Of a stretch of DNA of 64,000 nt, positions 37,306 through 46,275 are shown in pieces. The position numbers and the translations under genes were made by a program. A model generated the notes under the pieces. It saw nothing but the letters and a program-made list of their open reading frames with translations. It was not told the DNA's origin and made no database searches. How positions within the stretch are numbered: position 1 is the stretch's first letter; every line of letters starts with the position of its first letter. The stretch comes from a virus: IMG/VR virus record IMGVR_UViG_3300037187_000003, positions 7,418-71,417 of that record, one strand, 5' to 3'.

Positions 37306-37494
37306 ATGAAACTCGTTCTGGACATACCGGATGAGATAGCCGAGTCGCTTGCCGAACACGCCATTAACATGGCGCGGAACGAGAAGGACGGCGAACAGTA
37401 CTTTATCTTCCCGTCAGGAAAGCAAAAGGCCCGGCTGCGCGAAATGTTCTGGCGCTCTCTCGCCGCGCAATGCGAGGCAAAGAACGGCAGTTGA
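37306..37494 (+). CDS. hypothetical protein
   Basis: AAGGA RBS; MKLVLDIPDEIA. Confidence 0.55.
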   Translation: MKLVLDIPDEIAESLAEHAINMARNEKDGEQYFIFPSGKQKARLREMFWRSLAAQCEAKNGS

Positions 37495-37526
37495 CACCGA
37501 CGCAACAACACGCTAGTTGACACAAC

Positions 37527-37733
37527 ATGAACGTTGATGCAGTCAGAAAAGCGCTGGCCAGACTCACCGACGCCGAGGGCGTCCCCGCGCTTGCCGAGCG
37601 GATCGGCGTGGTGCCGGAGGCGGTTTACATGGTTTTGCGCGGAACGAGGCCGCCCGGACGTGCCATCCTCGCCGCGCTTGGGTTGGAACGCGAGCCGCCA
37701 CGGTATCGGCGCGTCGGAGGGAAGAAGCCATGA
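37527..37733 (+). CDS. small HTH protein
   Basis: ALAERIGVVPEAVYMVLRGTRPPGRAILAALGL. Confidence 0.7.
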   Translation: MNVDAVRKALARLTDAEGVPALAERIGVVPEAVYMVLRGTRPPGRAILAALGLEREPPRYRRVGGKKP

Positions 37734-37963
37734 AAGACCCCATCTCCCGCGCGCTCGCGCTGGCCGATACCGTCGAGGTCCGGGCGTTGCTAGACCCGCT
37801 GTCTCCCGCCGAGCAACTGGCCGTCGCGACAACGATCCGGTCCATCGTGGCCGAGTTGCGTGCGGACGGCGCTGCGGAGAACGGTCGCCTCGTGGCGCAG
37901 GCGGCGCGCGTGGTGCGTTGCAGGCCGGTGTTGAGCGTGATTGCAGGAGGAATGGCCCGATGA
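37730..37963 (+). CDS. hypothetical protein
   Basis: ATGA-coupled. Confidence 0.55.
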   Translation: MKDPISRALALADTVEVRALLDPLSPAEQLAVATTIRSIVAELRADGAAENGRLVAQAARVVRCRPVLSVIAGGMAR

Positions 37964-38136
37964 GCGACACAAACAGCCTGCCAACCCCACAAGAAATCGC
38001 GGCAACGCTCGGCGTGACGGACCCGAAGAAGATCGCCTACCTGAGCGCCGTACTTAAAATGGAGCGTTGCTTTGGGCACGTAGTCGGGCTGGCCGATGCG
38101 AAAGATGTGTTGGAGAAGTTGGGGGCCGCGCTATGA
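37960..38136 (+). CDS. hypothetical protein
   Basis: GGAGG RBS; ATGA-coupled. Confidence 0.55.
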   Translation: MSDTNSLPTPQEIAATLGVTDPKKIAYLSAVLKMERCFGHVVGLADAKDVLEKLGAAL

Positions 38137-38813
38137 GCGAACTGACCGACGAAATGCTGGGCGCCGAGGATGCCGGACCGGCGCGCGAGCAACTGGCCGA
38201 TGCGGTGCGGAAGGGCGCGCCGAGCGCATGGCGCATCGGTGCCGTCATGGAAGCGTGGCAGCAGGCCCGCAACCGCATCCTGACCGAAGATAGCGAGATC
38301 GAGATCGACGAAGCAGAACTCGCAGCACTTCTCGGTCCCGAACAAGATGATGCCGATCAAATTCTCGCTCGGCTGCTTCGCGCCACGATCCATGCCGAGG
38401 ACATGGCAGCGATGGCGGATGCACGCATCATCGAGATCATTCAGCGGCGCGACCGCTACTTGCGCCGCGCCGAGGGTACCCGCACCGCAGCCTATCACGT
38501 CATGGAGGCGATGCAACTCAAGAAGCGCGAACTCCCCGAGTTGACCGCAACAGTGCGCGCGGGGTCTACATCGGTATTTATCATTGATGAAGACCTGATC
38601 CCTGACGGCTGCAAGCGCCTGATCCCAGAGAAGAAAGAGCCGGACAAGAAGATCATCGGAGCGCGGTTGAAGGCGCTCAAGAAGTGGGAAGAGGACGCGG
38701 CAGAGGCGCGGGCGCGGGGATTGGACGAGGACACAATCCCCGATGCGCCGCCAGGGGTGCCGGGTGCTTCTCTATCGAACGGCATGACGACTATTCAAAT
38801 CCGAAGGAAGTAA
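38133..38813 (+). CDS. Siphovirus Gp157-like protein
   Basis: Coiled coil followed by VFIIDEDLIP, EPDKKII and VPGASLSNG; next to Bet. Confidence 0.8.
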   Translation: MSELTDEMLGAEDAGPAREQLADAVRKGAPSAWRIGAVMEAWQQARNRILTEDSEIEIDEAELAALLGPEQDDADQILARLLRATIHAEDMAAMADARIIEIIQRRDRYLRRAEGTRTAAYHVMEAMQLKKRELPELTATVRAGSTSVFIIDEDLIPDGCKRLIPEKKEPDKKIIGARLKALKKWEEDAAEARARGLDEDTIPDAPPGVPGASLSNGMTTIQIRRK

Positions 38814-38816
38814 CCG

Positions 38817-39863
38817 ATGGCCAGCCAAGCCCTAGCAATATCCGCTCGCCTGCCGATGCCCGCTAATGCGGAGATCAAACCGCAGCAGTGGCGCGTCCTG
38901 ACCGACGCCATCTTCCCGAACGCCAAAACGGCAGAGTCGGTGATGATGGCGCTGGAATACTGCCGCGTCCGCAACCTTGATCCGTTTAAACGCCCCGTCC
39001 ACATCGTTCCGATGTACTCGACCGCATCGAGAAAGATGATCGAAACGGTCTGGCCCGGCATCAACGAGTTGCAAGTCACCGCTGCGCGCTCCGGCGCGTG
39101 GGCCGGGATGGATGAGCCGGTATGGGGTCCTGAACAAACGCTGACGTTCGAGGGCGCTGGTGACCAGGACGAAAACGGCGACCCGGTGGCCGCGCGAAAG
39201 ATCACGATCCATGTCGCGGAGTGGTGTTCCGTCACCGTATATCGGATCGTCGGCGGTCAGCGGGTGGCATTTTCTGAGCCGGTTTATTGGTCCGAAGCCT
39301 ATGCGCGGGCGGCCCGCAATACAGACATGCCGAACGCGATGTGGTTGAAGCGACCCAAGGGCCAACACATCAAATGCGCCAAGGCGGCATCCCTGCGTGC
39401 GGCCTTCCCGGAGGACCTTGGCAGCACGTATGCGGCCGAAGAAATGGAAGATCGGGAAACTGATGCGACTGGTCCGGTGATCGACGGGAAGGCCGAGACG
39501 CAACAGCGAACCGCGCCTATCGAGGAAGAAAGCGAGTTCATGGTGCGGGCAGTCGAACGGTTGGATGCCAACATTCAGAACGCCAGCGCATGGCTCAAGG
39601 CGCTGATCGGTCTGTTAGGCGAATGCCCGACCGCCGCTGATCTAGCGTCGCTGTGCGCCTTCCATGGGGTCCAGAAGGCGCGCAAGGATGCGCCGATCCT
39701 GATCCGCGCGCAAATCGAGGACGCCATCACGGCGGCCGGTAGTAGGCTGGCAGAGGCGGTGCATCAGCCTATCCTTGATGGGGAGGCTGTCACACAGGAC
39801 CGCGCGCCGACAGGCATCGCCACAACACAGGCGCCGGCCGACCAAGCCGGCGGAGGGGGTTAG
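38817..39863 (+). CDS. bet: phage recombination protein Bet (RecT family)
   Basis: YCRVRNLDPFKRPVHIV, WPGINE and W.KRPKGQ..KCAKAASLRAAFP motifs. Confidence 0.9.
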   Translation: MASQALAISARLPMPANAEIKPQQWRVLTDAIFPNAKTAESVMMALEYCRVRNLDPFKRPVHIVPMYSTASRKMIETVWPGINELQVTAARSGAWAGMDEPVWGPEQTLTFEGAGDQDENGDPVAARKITIHVAEWCSVTVYRIVGGQRVAFSEPVYWSEAYARAARNTDMPNAMWLKRPKGQHIKCAKAASLRAAFPEDLGSTYAAEEMEDRETDATGPVIDGKAETQQRTAPIEEESEFMVRAVERLDANIQNASAWLKALIGLLGECPTAADLASLCAFHGVQKARKDAPILIRAQIEDAITAAGSRLAEAVHQPILDGEAVTQDRAPTGIATTQAPADQAGGGG

Positions 39864-39864
39864 G

Positions 39865-40332
39865 GTGAGAGTAATCGAGGAGATTGACGCTGAGTGCGCC
39901 CGACAAGTCGAAGTAGAGGGTTGGACGGTCGAGCATGATGACGGGCACCGGAAAGGCGAGTTGGCTGATGCTGCCGCTGCCTACGCCGTAGGCCCGGGGC
40001 GGTATCCATTCAGCGTAGGCGTGGTGGAACATCCGGCGCAGTCGCCGCCGATGTTCTGGCCGTGGTCATTGCGCTGGTGGAAGCCAAAGACCCGGCGGCG
40101 CGATCTTGTGCGCGCCGCCGCTTTGATTGTGAAGGAGATCGAGAGGATAGATAGAGCCTCCGGCGCCTGCAAAACGTGCGGCTCTCGGCATCCACATCTC
40201 CATCCGGCCGTACAGTTCGAGGGAGAGGTCGGGATATGCGTCGATGATTTCCACTTGCGGCCGACACCGCAGAACCTGCCTACATATATCGAAGCCGTTC
40301 TGGCAAAGAGAGCCGCGTCGTCAACAGCATAG
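39865..40332 (+). CDS. conserved phage hypothetical protein
   Basis: RQVEVEGWTVEHDD, GELADAAAAY, WPW..WWKP and RRDLVRAAALI motifs. Confidence 0.75.
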   Translation: MRVIEEIDAECARQVEVEGWTVEHDDGHRKGELADAAAAYAVGPGRYPFSVGVVEHPAQSPPMFWPWSLRWWKPKTRRRDLVRAAALIVKEIERIDRASGACKTCGSRHPHLHPAVQFEGEVGICVDDFHLRPTPQNLPTYIEAVLAKRAASSTA

Positions 40333-40340
40333 GTCAGAAG

Positions 40341-40715
40341 ATGCGGCCCACCGAAACCCTCCGCGTAACCCGCGAAGCAGAGGACTACTGCAAGATGGAC
40401 CTCGGCCAACGCGTCGTGGCCACTGCCAAGACCGTCACTCCTGACGAATGCGCCGAACTTCTGGCTGTGCGTCTTGCAAACATGCACGCCTCACAGACAC
40501 CAACCCACGGGTCGCACTGGCGCGGAGATGGAATCTTTGTTCGCCTAGTCAAAGAGAAGATCATCCTGCCGGAGAGTGTGCCAGATTGGCCGAGAGGGTG
40601 GAAGCGAGCTCGACTGACGGAGTTTGGCGAGCGTGTGCTTTTGCATATCGCGGAGGAGGCGATGGTCCAAGCCGGGCGCATGGTGTCGATGGATGGGGAG
40701 GCAAGCGAGAGATGA
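40341..40715 (+). CDS. hypothetical protein
   Basis: 124-aa ORF with a winged-helix-like LTEFG motif. Confidence 0.55.
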   Translation: MRPTETLRVTREAEDYCKMDLGQRVVATAKTVTPDECAELLAVRLANMHASQTPTHGSHWRGDGIFVRLVKEKIILPESVPDWPRGWKRARLTEFGERVLLHIAEEAMVQAGRMVSMDGEASER

Positions 40716-41125
40716 CTACTGTTCGCGTCCCGCGAGCCATGCGCCAGTTGGCGGTGTTTTGCCGGGAACATCTCGGCCTCACCAATGAGCAGATGAACGC
40801 CCTCGCGGCGATGCTTGACGATGCAGGCTACGTCATCATGCCGATTGAGGCTACTGCGCCGCTTCTGGACGCCGCGACGATGGCCATGCGCCATATCGGG
40901 ACGCTTGCGGGCACCAAGGAAGGCGCACAGCGGCTCAAGCACGCGGCCCGGTATCGTGCGATGGTCGAAGCGCAACGGGCGCTGCTGGGCTTCACGCCGC
41001 GTGGGAATGGCCCGTATGCCGCTGTGGTGCGCGCAGTGGCCGCACAGGGCGAAGATATGCATCTAAAGCGCGTCAGGCAGATGCCGGCTTCGTTTCGGCC
41101 CGCACAGGAGCATCCCAAGCCATGA
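40712..41125 (+). CDS. hypothetical protein
   Basis: ATGA-coupled; GYVIMP and RYRAMV motifs. Confidence 0.55.
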   Translation: MTTVRVPRAMRQLAVFCREHLGLTNEQMNALAAMLDDAGYVIMPIEATAPLLDAATMAMRHIGTLAGTKEGAQRLKHAARYRAMVEAQRALLGFTPRGNGPYAAVVRAVAAQGEDMHLKRVRQMPASFRPAQEHPKP

Positions 41126-41475
41126 CCGAATCGCACACTCTCGAACACTGGCAGGCCGCGAACCAGCGGCAGGCCGAGACGATACGGGAGCAGGACGCGG
41201 AGATTGCGATACTGCGCACCGCTCTGTCCAAGGTCTGCACCGCCATCAGTGCGGTAGTCCAGAACCACGCATTGACGATCTTGTCGTCGCGACAACCGCT
41301 GACTGAGACAGACCTTCAACTAGGCAACACGCGCGAGCGGCAGGACGGGTTTGAGGGGGCGCTGGTGATGGTATCAACAGACTACATAGCGCCTCTGATT
41401 GCGGCGCATGATGAGGTCGCCCCGCTGCTGGTGCGCCGGGCGGAGATCGCGCGGGAGGCGCTGAAAGATGGATGA
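41122..41475 (+). CDS. hypothetical protein
   Basis: AGGAG RBS; ATGA-coupled. Confidence 0.55.
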   Translation: MTESHTLEHWQAANQRQAETIREQDAEIAILRTALSKVCTAISAVVQNHALTILSSRQPLTETDLQLGNTRERQDGFEGALVMVSTDYIAPLIAAHDEVAPLLVRRAEIAREALKDG

Positions 41476-41911
41476 CGAACAAGACGCCGGGGAAATTGCT
41501 GTCATGTCGCAAGACGCCGAGATCACCCGCCTACGCGCCGAGGTCGCCAACCGAGATGCGCGTATCGCGGCCTACCGCGAGGAACTAGCGCACGAACGTG
41601 AGTTTTCACTGGCCGGCGCGAATGCCTTTGCCAGCAAGGAGGAAGCCTATAGGTCGTGCTGGGAAGCCGCCGAAGCGGAGCACGAGCGGCTGAAGGCCCT
41701 GGTCCCGAAACTTCAAGCGGAGATCACCCTCCTACACGCCGAACTACAAGCCGCGCTCGAAGACTTCCGCGGCGCGGAGAAACAGCTTTCTGATGCCGAC
41801 CGCGCCCTGAATGAAATCCGCACGATTTGCAGCCTGACGCACACCGGAAAGCCGGCGGCGCACACGGCGCTGTCGCAGATTGACCAGATCGCACGGAGGG
41901 GGTTGGGATGA
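41468..41911 (+). CDS. coiled-coil hypothetical protein
   Basis: EITRLRAE and heptad pattern. Confidence 0.6.
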   Translation: MDDEQDAGEIAVMSQDAEITRLRAEVANRDARIAAYREELAHEREFSLAGANAFASKEEAYRSCWEAAEAEHERLKALVPKLQAEITLLHAELQAALEDFRGAEKQLSDADRALNEIRTICSLTHTGKPAAHTALSQIDQIARRGLG

Positions 41912-42381
41912 GTGACAGAAATATCGCCCCAGGGCTTGACATGCTTTCAGCGCGTGGAAGGCGACGACCCCAAGATCGTCGAGACTTGGATATGACCGAA
42001 CCCGCTGTCCTTCGATCCTTGGCAGACCGCGTGGAGCGCGAGCCTCCGAGCCGGGAGTTGCAGGAAGCCATAGCGACTGCGCTCGGCTGGGAATGCGGCG
42101 CAGACGGGCAATCTGTGTTCTGGCGCGACCCGGCAACCGATGCCTGGCAGATGGGGTTGCCTGAGTGGCTGACCAGCATCGACGCTGCCGCGAGCATGAT
42201 GCCCGAGGGATGGCGCGTTGCATCGCTGTTCATGTGGCCGGACCCGAAAGAATGGCGCTGCACAATGATCCGCAGCGGCGAGAGTGAATGCGGCATCGCC
42301 CCGACCGAGCCACAGGCTCGCGTCGCAGCGGCGCTCCGGGCACGCGCGGCAGAGGGAGGCGGGGATGCCGATCCGCGCTGA
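41908..42381 (+). CDS. hypothetical protein (TSIDAA type)
   Basis: LTSIDAAASMMPEGW and AAALRARA motifs. Confidence 0.65.
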   Translation: MSDRNIAPGLDMLSARGRRRPQDRRDLDMTEPAVLRSLADRVEREPPSRELQEAIATALGWECGADGQSVFWRDPATDAWQMGLPEWLTSIDAAASMMPEGWRVASLFMWPDPKEWRCTMIRSGESECGIAPTEPQARVAAALRARAAEGGGDADPR

Positions 42382-42655
42382 GCGAGCGCACCTATACCCA
42401 GCGGACTGGATGAAACGCCCACGTGACCCCATCAATCCCCCAGGAATGGGTCGCGGCTACCGCATACGCCGCACCCTCACCCCCAGGGAGGAAGCCGATC
42501 GCGAGCGCCAGTTCATCGCGTGGTGGCTGTTGTGGAAGCCGACGCAACGCGAGATCGAGGACCTGATCCGCGCCGCTCGACAGCATCCTACCGTAGGAAA
42601 TTTGGAACTCACCCCGACCGATAGAACCGCTGCCCAGCCACCCGCGACCAGCTAA
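42365..42655 (+). CDS. hypothetical protein (MPIR..YP.DW start)
   Basis: GGAGG RBS; N-terminus of a common phage family, with a divergent remainder. Confidence 0.45.
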   Translation: MPIRAERAHLYPADWMKRPRDPINPPGMGRGYRIRRTLTPREEADRERQFIAWWLLWKPTQREIEDLIRAARQHPTVGNLELTPTDRTAAQPPATS

Positions 42656-43131
42656 GCGCCGCCCAGAAACAACGCGCGCTCAGCCTCACGACGCTTCAGC
42701 AGTCCAGGCAGCGTGACAAGCTGGCCATCCACATGCGCCTTATCCCACACAAGGAACTGATCGGCAGCGCCTTTCACATCCCCTGCGATCAACAGCCGCA
42801 GCAGAGTGGATGACCGGAAGTTTCCCAATCCGATATTGTAGGCTAGATCAAGGCATGCTGCGGCTTGCGAATCTGTGGTTCCGGATGGCAACCACATGAT
42901 TAAGCCCTTACACCGGTCAGCCATATCGTCGAACAACCACAGGTCGGCCTGATCCTGAGTGCATACATCCCCTTCACGCACCAGACGACCAATGCGGTCA
43001 GCATCCGACCAGTACCACGTCTCACCCCAAGCTATTGTCCATATGCCGGCCGGGTCCTGATAGGCCGCAAGGCGACAACCCTCGAACTGCTTGGCGAGCG
43101 ATACCGCTTGGGCTATTGGGCCGTCGCTCAT
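42652..43131 (-). CDS. endolysin, GH24 lysozyme
   Basis: FEGCRLAAYQDPAGIWTI (E-8-D-5-T), YNIG and LPGLLKRREAERALFL motifs. Confidence 0.92.
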   Translation of the reverse strand: MSDGPIAQAVSLAKQFEGCRLAAYQDPAGIWTIAWGETWYWSDADRIGRLVREGDVCTQDQADLWLFDDMADRCKGLIMWLPSGTTDSQAAACLDLAYNIGLGNFRSSTLLRLLIAGDVKGAADQFLVWDKAHVDGQLVTLPGLLKRREAERALFLGGA

Positions 43132-43790
43132 GCGAGCGCCGCGTCCAGCGCCCCCAGAGAGGCCAGCACGGCAGGCCACTCGTGCTTTTGCGCGATCCCG
43201 TATGCGTCAGGCACCGTCAGCACCGTCTGGACGCCCTGGTGTTCCCACATAGGACCGTCCGGGATCTGCGTGACGATATCCGCCCCGGTCTGGTTCATCG
43301 TTGTGGTCCCGAAGATCGGCACGTTGCGCGCCTTGAAGAATGCCGTGAGGAGAGGGCCGCCAACGCAAGGCGTCTCATAGTTCGCGAGCGCAAGCGGAGG
43401 GTGGCCCTCGCTCGTAAGCTGTGCCGCCGCCAGTTCGCCCTCGCCACCCTTGCTGTGCCACGCACCAAACCAGGGCGGCCATCCGAGATCGGCCAGCGCA
43501 TGCCGGACGGCAACCAGGGATGATTGCATGTCGTTCCAGAACCCCAGGTGCACCGGCCCGAAATCCGGGTGATCATGCACCGGAATCTGCACCGCCATGA
43601 AATCGACGGCCCACTCCTGCCAGTCCTCGGTCGGGCCGAACGTAAAGCAGTTCACGTCGCCAACCAGGAACCGGAAAACTTGGCACGTCCCGCTTTCGCT
43701 GACGAACCACGGCTTCTGCTTGGCAGCTATCGCCGCATAGCTGGCCGTTACTGGTGGGGCCAGGAGTTGCAGGAGGGTGGTGGCGGTCAT
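43128..43790 (-). CDS. lipase class 3-like alpha/beta hydrolase
   Basis: VHLGFW, WHSKGG nucleophile elbow, DIVTQIP and a C-terminal His. Confidence 0.75.
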   Translation of the reverse strand: MTATTLLQLLAPPVTASYAAIAAKQKPWFVSESGTCQVFRFLVGDVNCFTFGPTEDWQEWAVDFMAVQIPVHDHPDFGPVHLGFWNDMQSSLVAVRHALADLGWPPWFGAWHSKGGEGELAAAQLTSEGHPPLALANYETPCVGGPLLTAFFKARNVPIFGTTTMNQTGADIVTQIPDGPMWEHQGVQTVLTVPDAYGIAQKHEWPAVLASLGALDAALA

Positions 43791-43996
43791 CTCCAACCCC
43801 TATCCGCTACCACCACCTCCGTCCGCCGCTTCGCCAGCGCTGTCTCGACATCTCGTATCGCGTCCATCGTTGCCTCCGGTGAGAGGGTGGTGTCGTAGAC
43901 GCGATCGAGCGCAGCCTTGGCGGCGGCGTATTGCTCGGCGTTGGTCGGCGGCAGCGCGCCGCCGGGCCAGGTGGTGCCGGGTTCCGGCGCGCTCAC
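43787..43996 (-). CDS. hypothetical protein
   Basis: Coupled ORF. Confidence 0.55.
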   Translation of the reverse strand: MSAPEPGTTWPGGALPPTNAEQYAAAKAALDRVYDTTLSPEATMDAIRDVETALAKRRTEVVVADRGWR

Positions 43997-44532
43997 GGCA
44001 GAATGCCAATCAAGGACTGCTCCGCCGTCAGCACGATCTGCCCGACGCCGGCCACCGCGGCGATCCCCTTGGCCTTGCTGTCCGCGATGTAGATATTGCC
44101 CGTCGATACCACTCCCATAACCAGTGTCGTCAGCGATGACGGCGTATTAGACACCGCGCGCCGCAGCCCCTCGGCAGTGGTAAGCAGACAAACCGGCAGC
44201 CCGCATGCAGAGACATTCCCAGCGCCGTTCGCACCTTGCGCATTGAGCGCGTCGTTCAGGTTGGCGATGGCGGTATAGAAATTGACGCCGATCGTGTCTG
44301 GGGGGGTCACCAGCGCGGCGTTGAGCGCATTCGCGTCATCCACAGCCGCAGCATTCAGCAGCTCAGGCAGAGACCCCACCGCGGGCGCGACTGAGGGAGC
44401 CGCCACTGACGCCGCACCGGTTGTGGCATTGATTGCGATGGCTGGTGGGGGTGGAATGAGCGTCTGGCCGTTGATGCTGCACCCCGCTAGGGCGATTGCG
44501 GCGAGCGCGGCGATTGTTCGGGTCATGGTCAT
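43993..44532 (-). CDS. lipoprotein
   Basis: Signal peptide with lipobox LAGC. Confidence 0.7.
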   Translation of the reverse strand: MTMTRTIAALAAIALAGCSINGQTLIPPPPAIAINATTGAASVAAPSVAPAVGSLPELLNAAAVDDANALNAALVTPPDTIGVNFYTAIANLNDALNAQGANGAGNVSACGLPVCLLTTAEGLRRAVSNTPSSLTTLVMGVVSTGNIYIADSKAKGIAAVAGVGQIVLTAEQSLIGILP

Positions 44533-44716
44533 TGTCCTTGTGAGGTTCAGTCGACGTTAAGCAGATTGCCGTTGATGACGCCCGTTGCGAGCGCATTCAC
44601 CGCGCCCATGAACTTGTCCGGGGCATCGGTAGCCCGGGCCAGCCTGCCACACGGGGCGCAAACGATCATCAGAAACTTGAGCGCCTCGCCTAGCCCATCG
44701 AGCATGTGTCCGTCCA

Positions 44717-44941
44717 TTATGCCTCCCCGCTCAGCACCGGCGACGGGGCTCGCGGACGCGGCTCCGACTCGACCGGCTCGGACGGCGGATCATGGCGCGG
44801 TCGAGTGGCGGCGTAGGGCCAATGGTCCTTGACTGCGTCTACGCAGAGGCGCCTGGCTGCGATCGCGTAGATTTCGGTGCGTGTCTTCGCCAGGGCGATT
44901 GCCGCGAGCGCGGCGATTGGTGTCTTACCCACCCCGGTCAT
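44717..44941 (-). CDS. hypothetical protein
   Basis: ATGA-coupled. Confidence 0.4.
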   Translation of the reverse strand: MTGVGKTPIAALAAIALAKTRTEIYAIAARRLCVDAVKDHWPYAATRPRHDPPSEPVESEPRPRAPSPVLSGEA

Positions 44942-45318
44942 CGTGCTACCGCCTGCCCGCGCATCGGGTCCTTTCTTGGACACGCCGGGTTCTCGCATTG
45001 CAGGTTCGCGCCCGGCGGACAGATGCAGCCTACGGAGGGTCTGGATTTACTATCTTGTACAGCGCGCGACGGCGCTGGAATTAGGACACCTTCTGGCGAA
45101 ACACGCAACTCTCCCGCTCCCTTCACAATCACCGGATAAGGCGAACTAGCCGTCCCAAATATGCCGTACAGCTTAGTGCCCTCGGATTTAGCGGATGTGG
45201 TCATGATGCTTCCTCCAGCCTTTGGCTGCCGATCATCATGGGCGCTGTGGGAATCGGTGGTGCCGGGTACCAATGGAGGCCAATATCCACCGCGAGGGCT
45301 GATTGTGCCGCCCATCAC
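44938..45318 (-). CDS. hypothetical protein with C-terminal Cys cluster
   Basis: GCICPPG..CENPACP; start uncertain. Confidence 0.45.
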   Translation of the reverse strand: MMGGTISPRGGYWPPLVPGTTDSHSAHDDRQPKAGGSIMTTSAKSEGTKLYGIFGTASSPYPVIVKGAGELRVSPEGVLIPAPSRAVQDSKSRPSVGCICPPGANLQCENPACPRKDPMRGQAVAR

Positions 45319-45707
45319 ACCTTCCCCGTCACCGGCGCCACAGCCGGCGTCTTCCCGGTCGAGAACCAGGCCGTGATCGGCGCCGAGGTCGCGAGGCGCA
45401 GACAGATCAGCACGACGGCCCCGGCGACTTCGGCAACCACGTCCGGCGCCCACCCCCACCCCATGTAATGCACCAGCGCGGTCAGTCCTTGCACGGCGAT
45501 GATGCCGTAGAGCGTCTTGCTTTGGGCAAGCGCCTTGTCGGCCAGCGCGGGGTTAAGCTGCGCGACGGCACGGATCGCGTCCGGCGCATCCCGCGCGCCA
45601 GATGCCAGCGCGTCGCCAAGGTTCGTGACGAGCGAGGTCTTGCCCGTCGCCTGCGTGATCGCGTTGGTCGTCGTGGCTGTGGGGGGAACGGGAACGGTGG
45701 CGCTCAT
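45315..45707 (-). CDS. holin-like membrane protein
   Basis: SKTLYGII followed by two TM helices and LRLATSAPI; in the lysis operon. Confidence 0.6.
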   Translation of the reverse strand: MSATVPVPPTATTTNAITQATGKTSLVTNLGDALASGARDAPDAIRAVAQLNPALADKALAQSKTLYGIIAVQGLTALVHYMGWGWAPDVVAEVAGAVVLICLRLATSAPITAWFSTGKTPAVAPVTGKV

Positions 45708-45931
45708 GCGAACTCACTCCGATCGTAGTGTCGCCAGCAAAGTGGCTTAACGGGCGTATCGTTGGCGTCACGCCATTCGCCGCCCCAGAAGGAAACGTAG
45801 CAGTCGCTCGCCTCTCCCTCGATGCACGCCAGAACGCAGGAGTTCTCCTCGGTCGGCGCTTTGTCCATCAGTTGCCAGCCACGGAGTGTGCCCGTCGCAT
45901 TGGCTGGCGGGGTTGTGAGCGTATCGCTCAC
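45704..45931 (-). CDS. DUF551-like protein
   Basis: AGGA RBS and GTG start; WQLMDKAP...PLCW. Confidence 0.55.
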   Translation of the reverse strand: MSDTLTTPPANATGTLRGWQLMDKAPTEENSCVLACIEGEASDCYVSFWGGEWRDANDTPVKPLCWRHYDRSEFA

Positions 45932-46101
45932 GTCCTGGAGTCCTCCCGTTGCGCAGCGCGGCGCGGCGCCAACCGAGCCAGCGCATCGGTCCGCAGCATG
46001 GCCCCGAGCTTCAGCCCGCGCATGGCGGCTGCTGCGGCAAGGCGCGTCCACTCGTGCGGAGTGAGTCTCACAGCGATCTTGACCGTTCGTGTTTCCGCCA
46101 T
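45928..46101 (-). CDS. ribbon-helix-helix DNA-binding protein
   Basis: RTVKIAVRLTPHEWTRLAAAA...G...LR. Confidence 0.6.
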   Translation of the reverse strand: MAETRTVKIAVRLTPHEWTRLAAAAAMRGLKLGAMLRTDALARLAPRRAAQREDSRT

Positions 46102-46122
46102 TTCGCCGCCTATTGTGTGGCA

Positions 46123-46150
46123 TTGACATGCGGCGCGCAAGAGGTATGGT
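46123..46150 (+). promoter_or_regulatory. sigma70 promoter of tRNA-Arg
   Basis: TTGACA-N16-TATGGT, ending 6 nt before tRNA G1. Confidence 0.65.
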
Positions 46151-46156
46151 GGCGCC

Positions 46157-46233
46157 GCCTGATTAGCTCAGTTGGATAGAGCGCCGCGCTTCGGACGCGG
46201 AGGGCGCACGTTCGAGTCGTGCATTGGGCACCA
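46157..46233 (+). tRNA. tRNA-Arg(UCG)
   Basis: Full cloverleaf: acceptor GCCTGAT/ATTGGGC; D-arm GCTC/GAGC with A20; anticodon arm CCGCG-CTTCGGA-CGCGG; T-arm GCACG-TTCGAGT-CGTGC; encoded CCA. Confidence 0.93.
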
Positions 46234-46275
46234 TTTCTCGTGCGCCTCGACGGACATGGGGCAGGGAGACCACCG

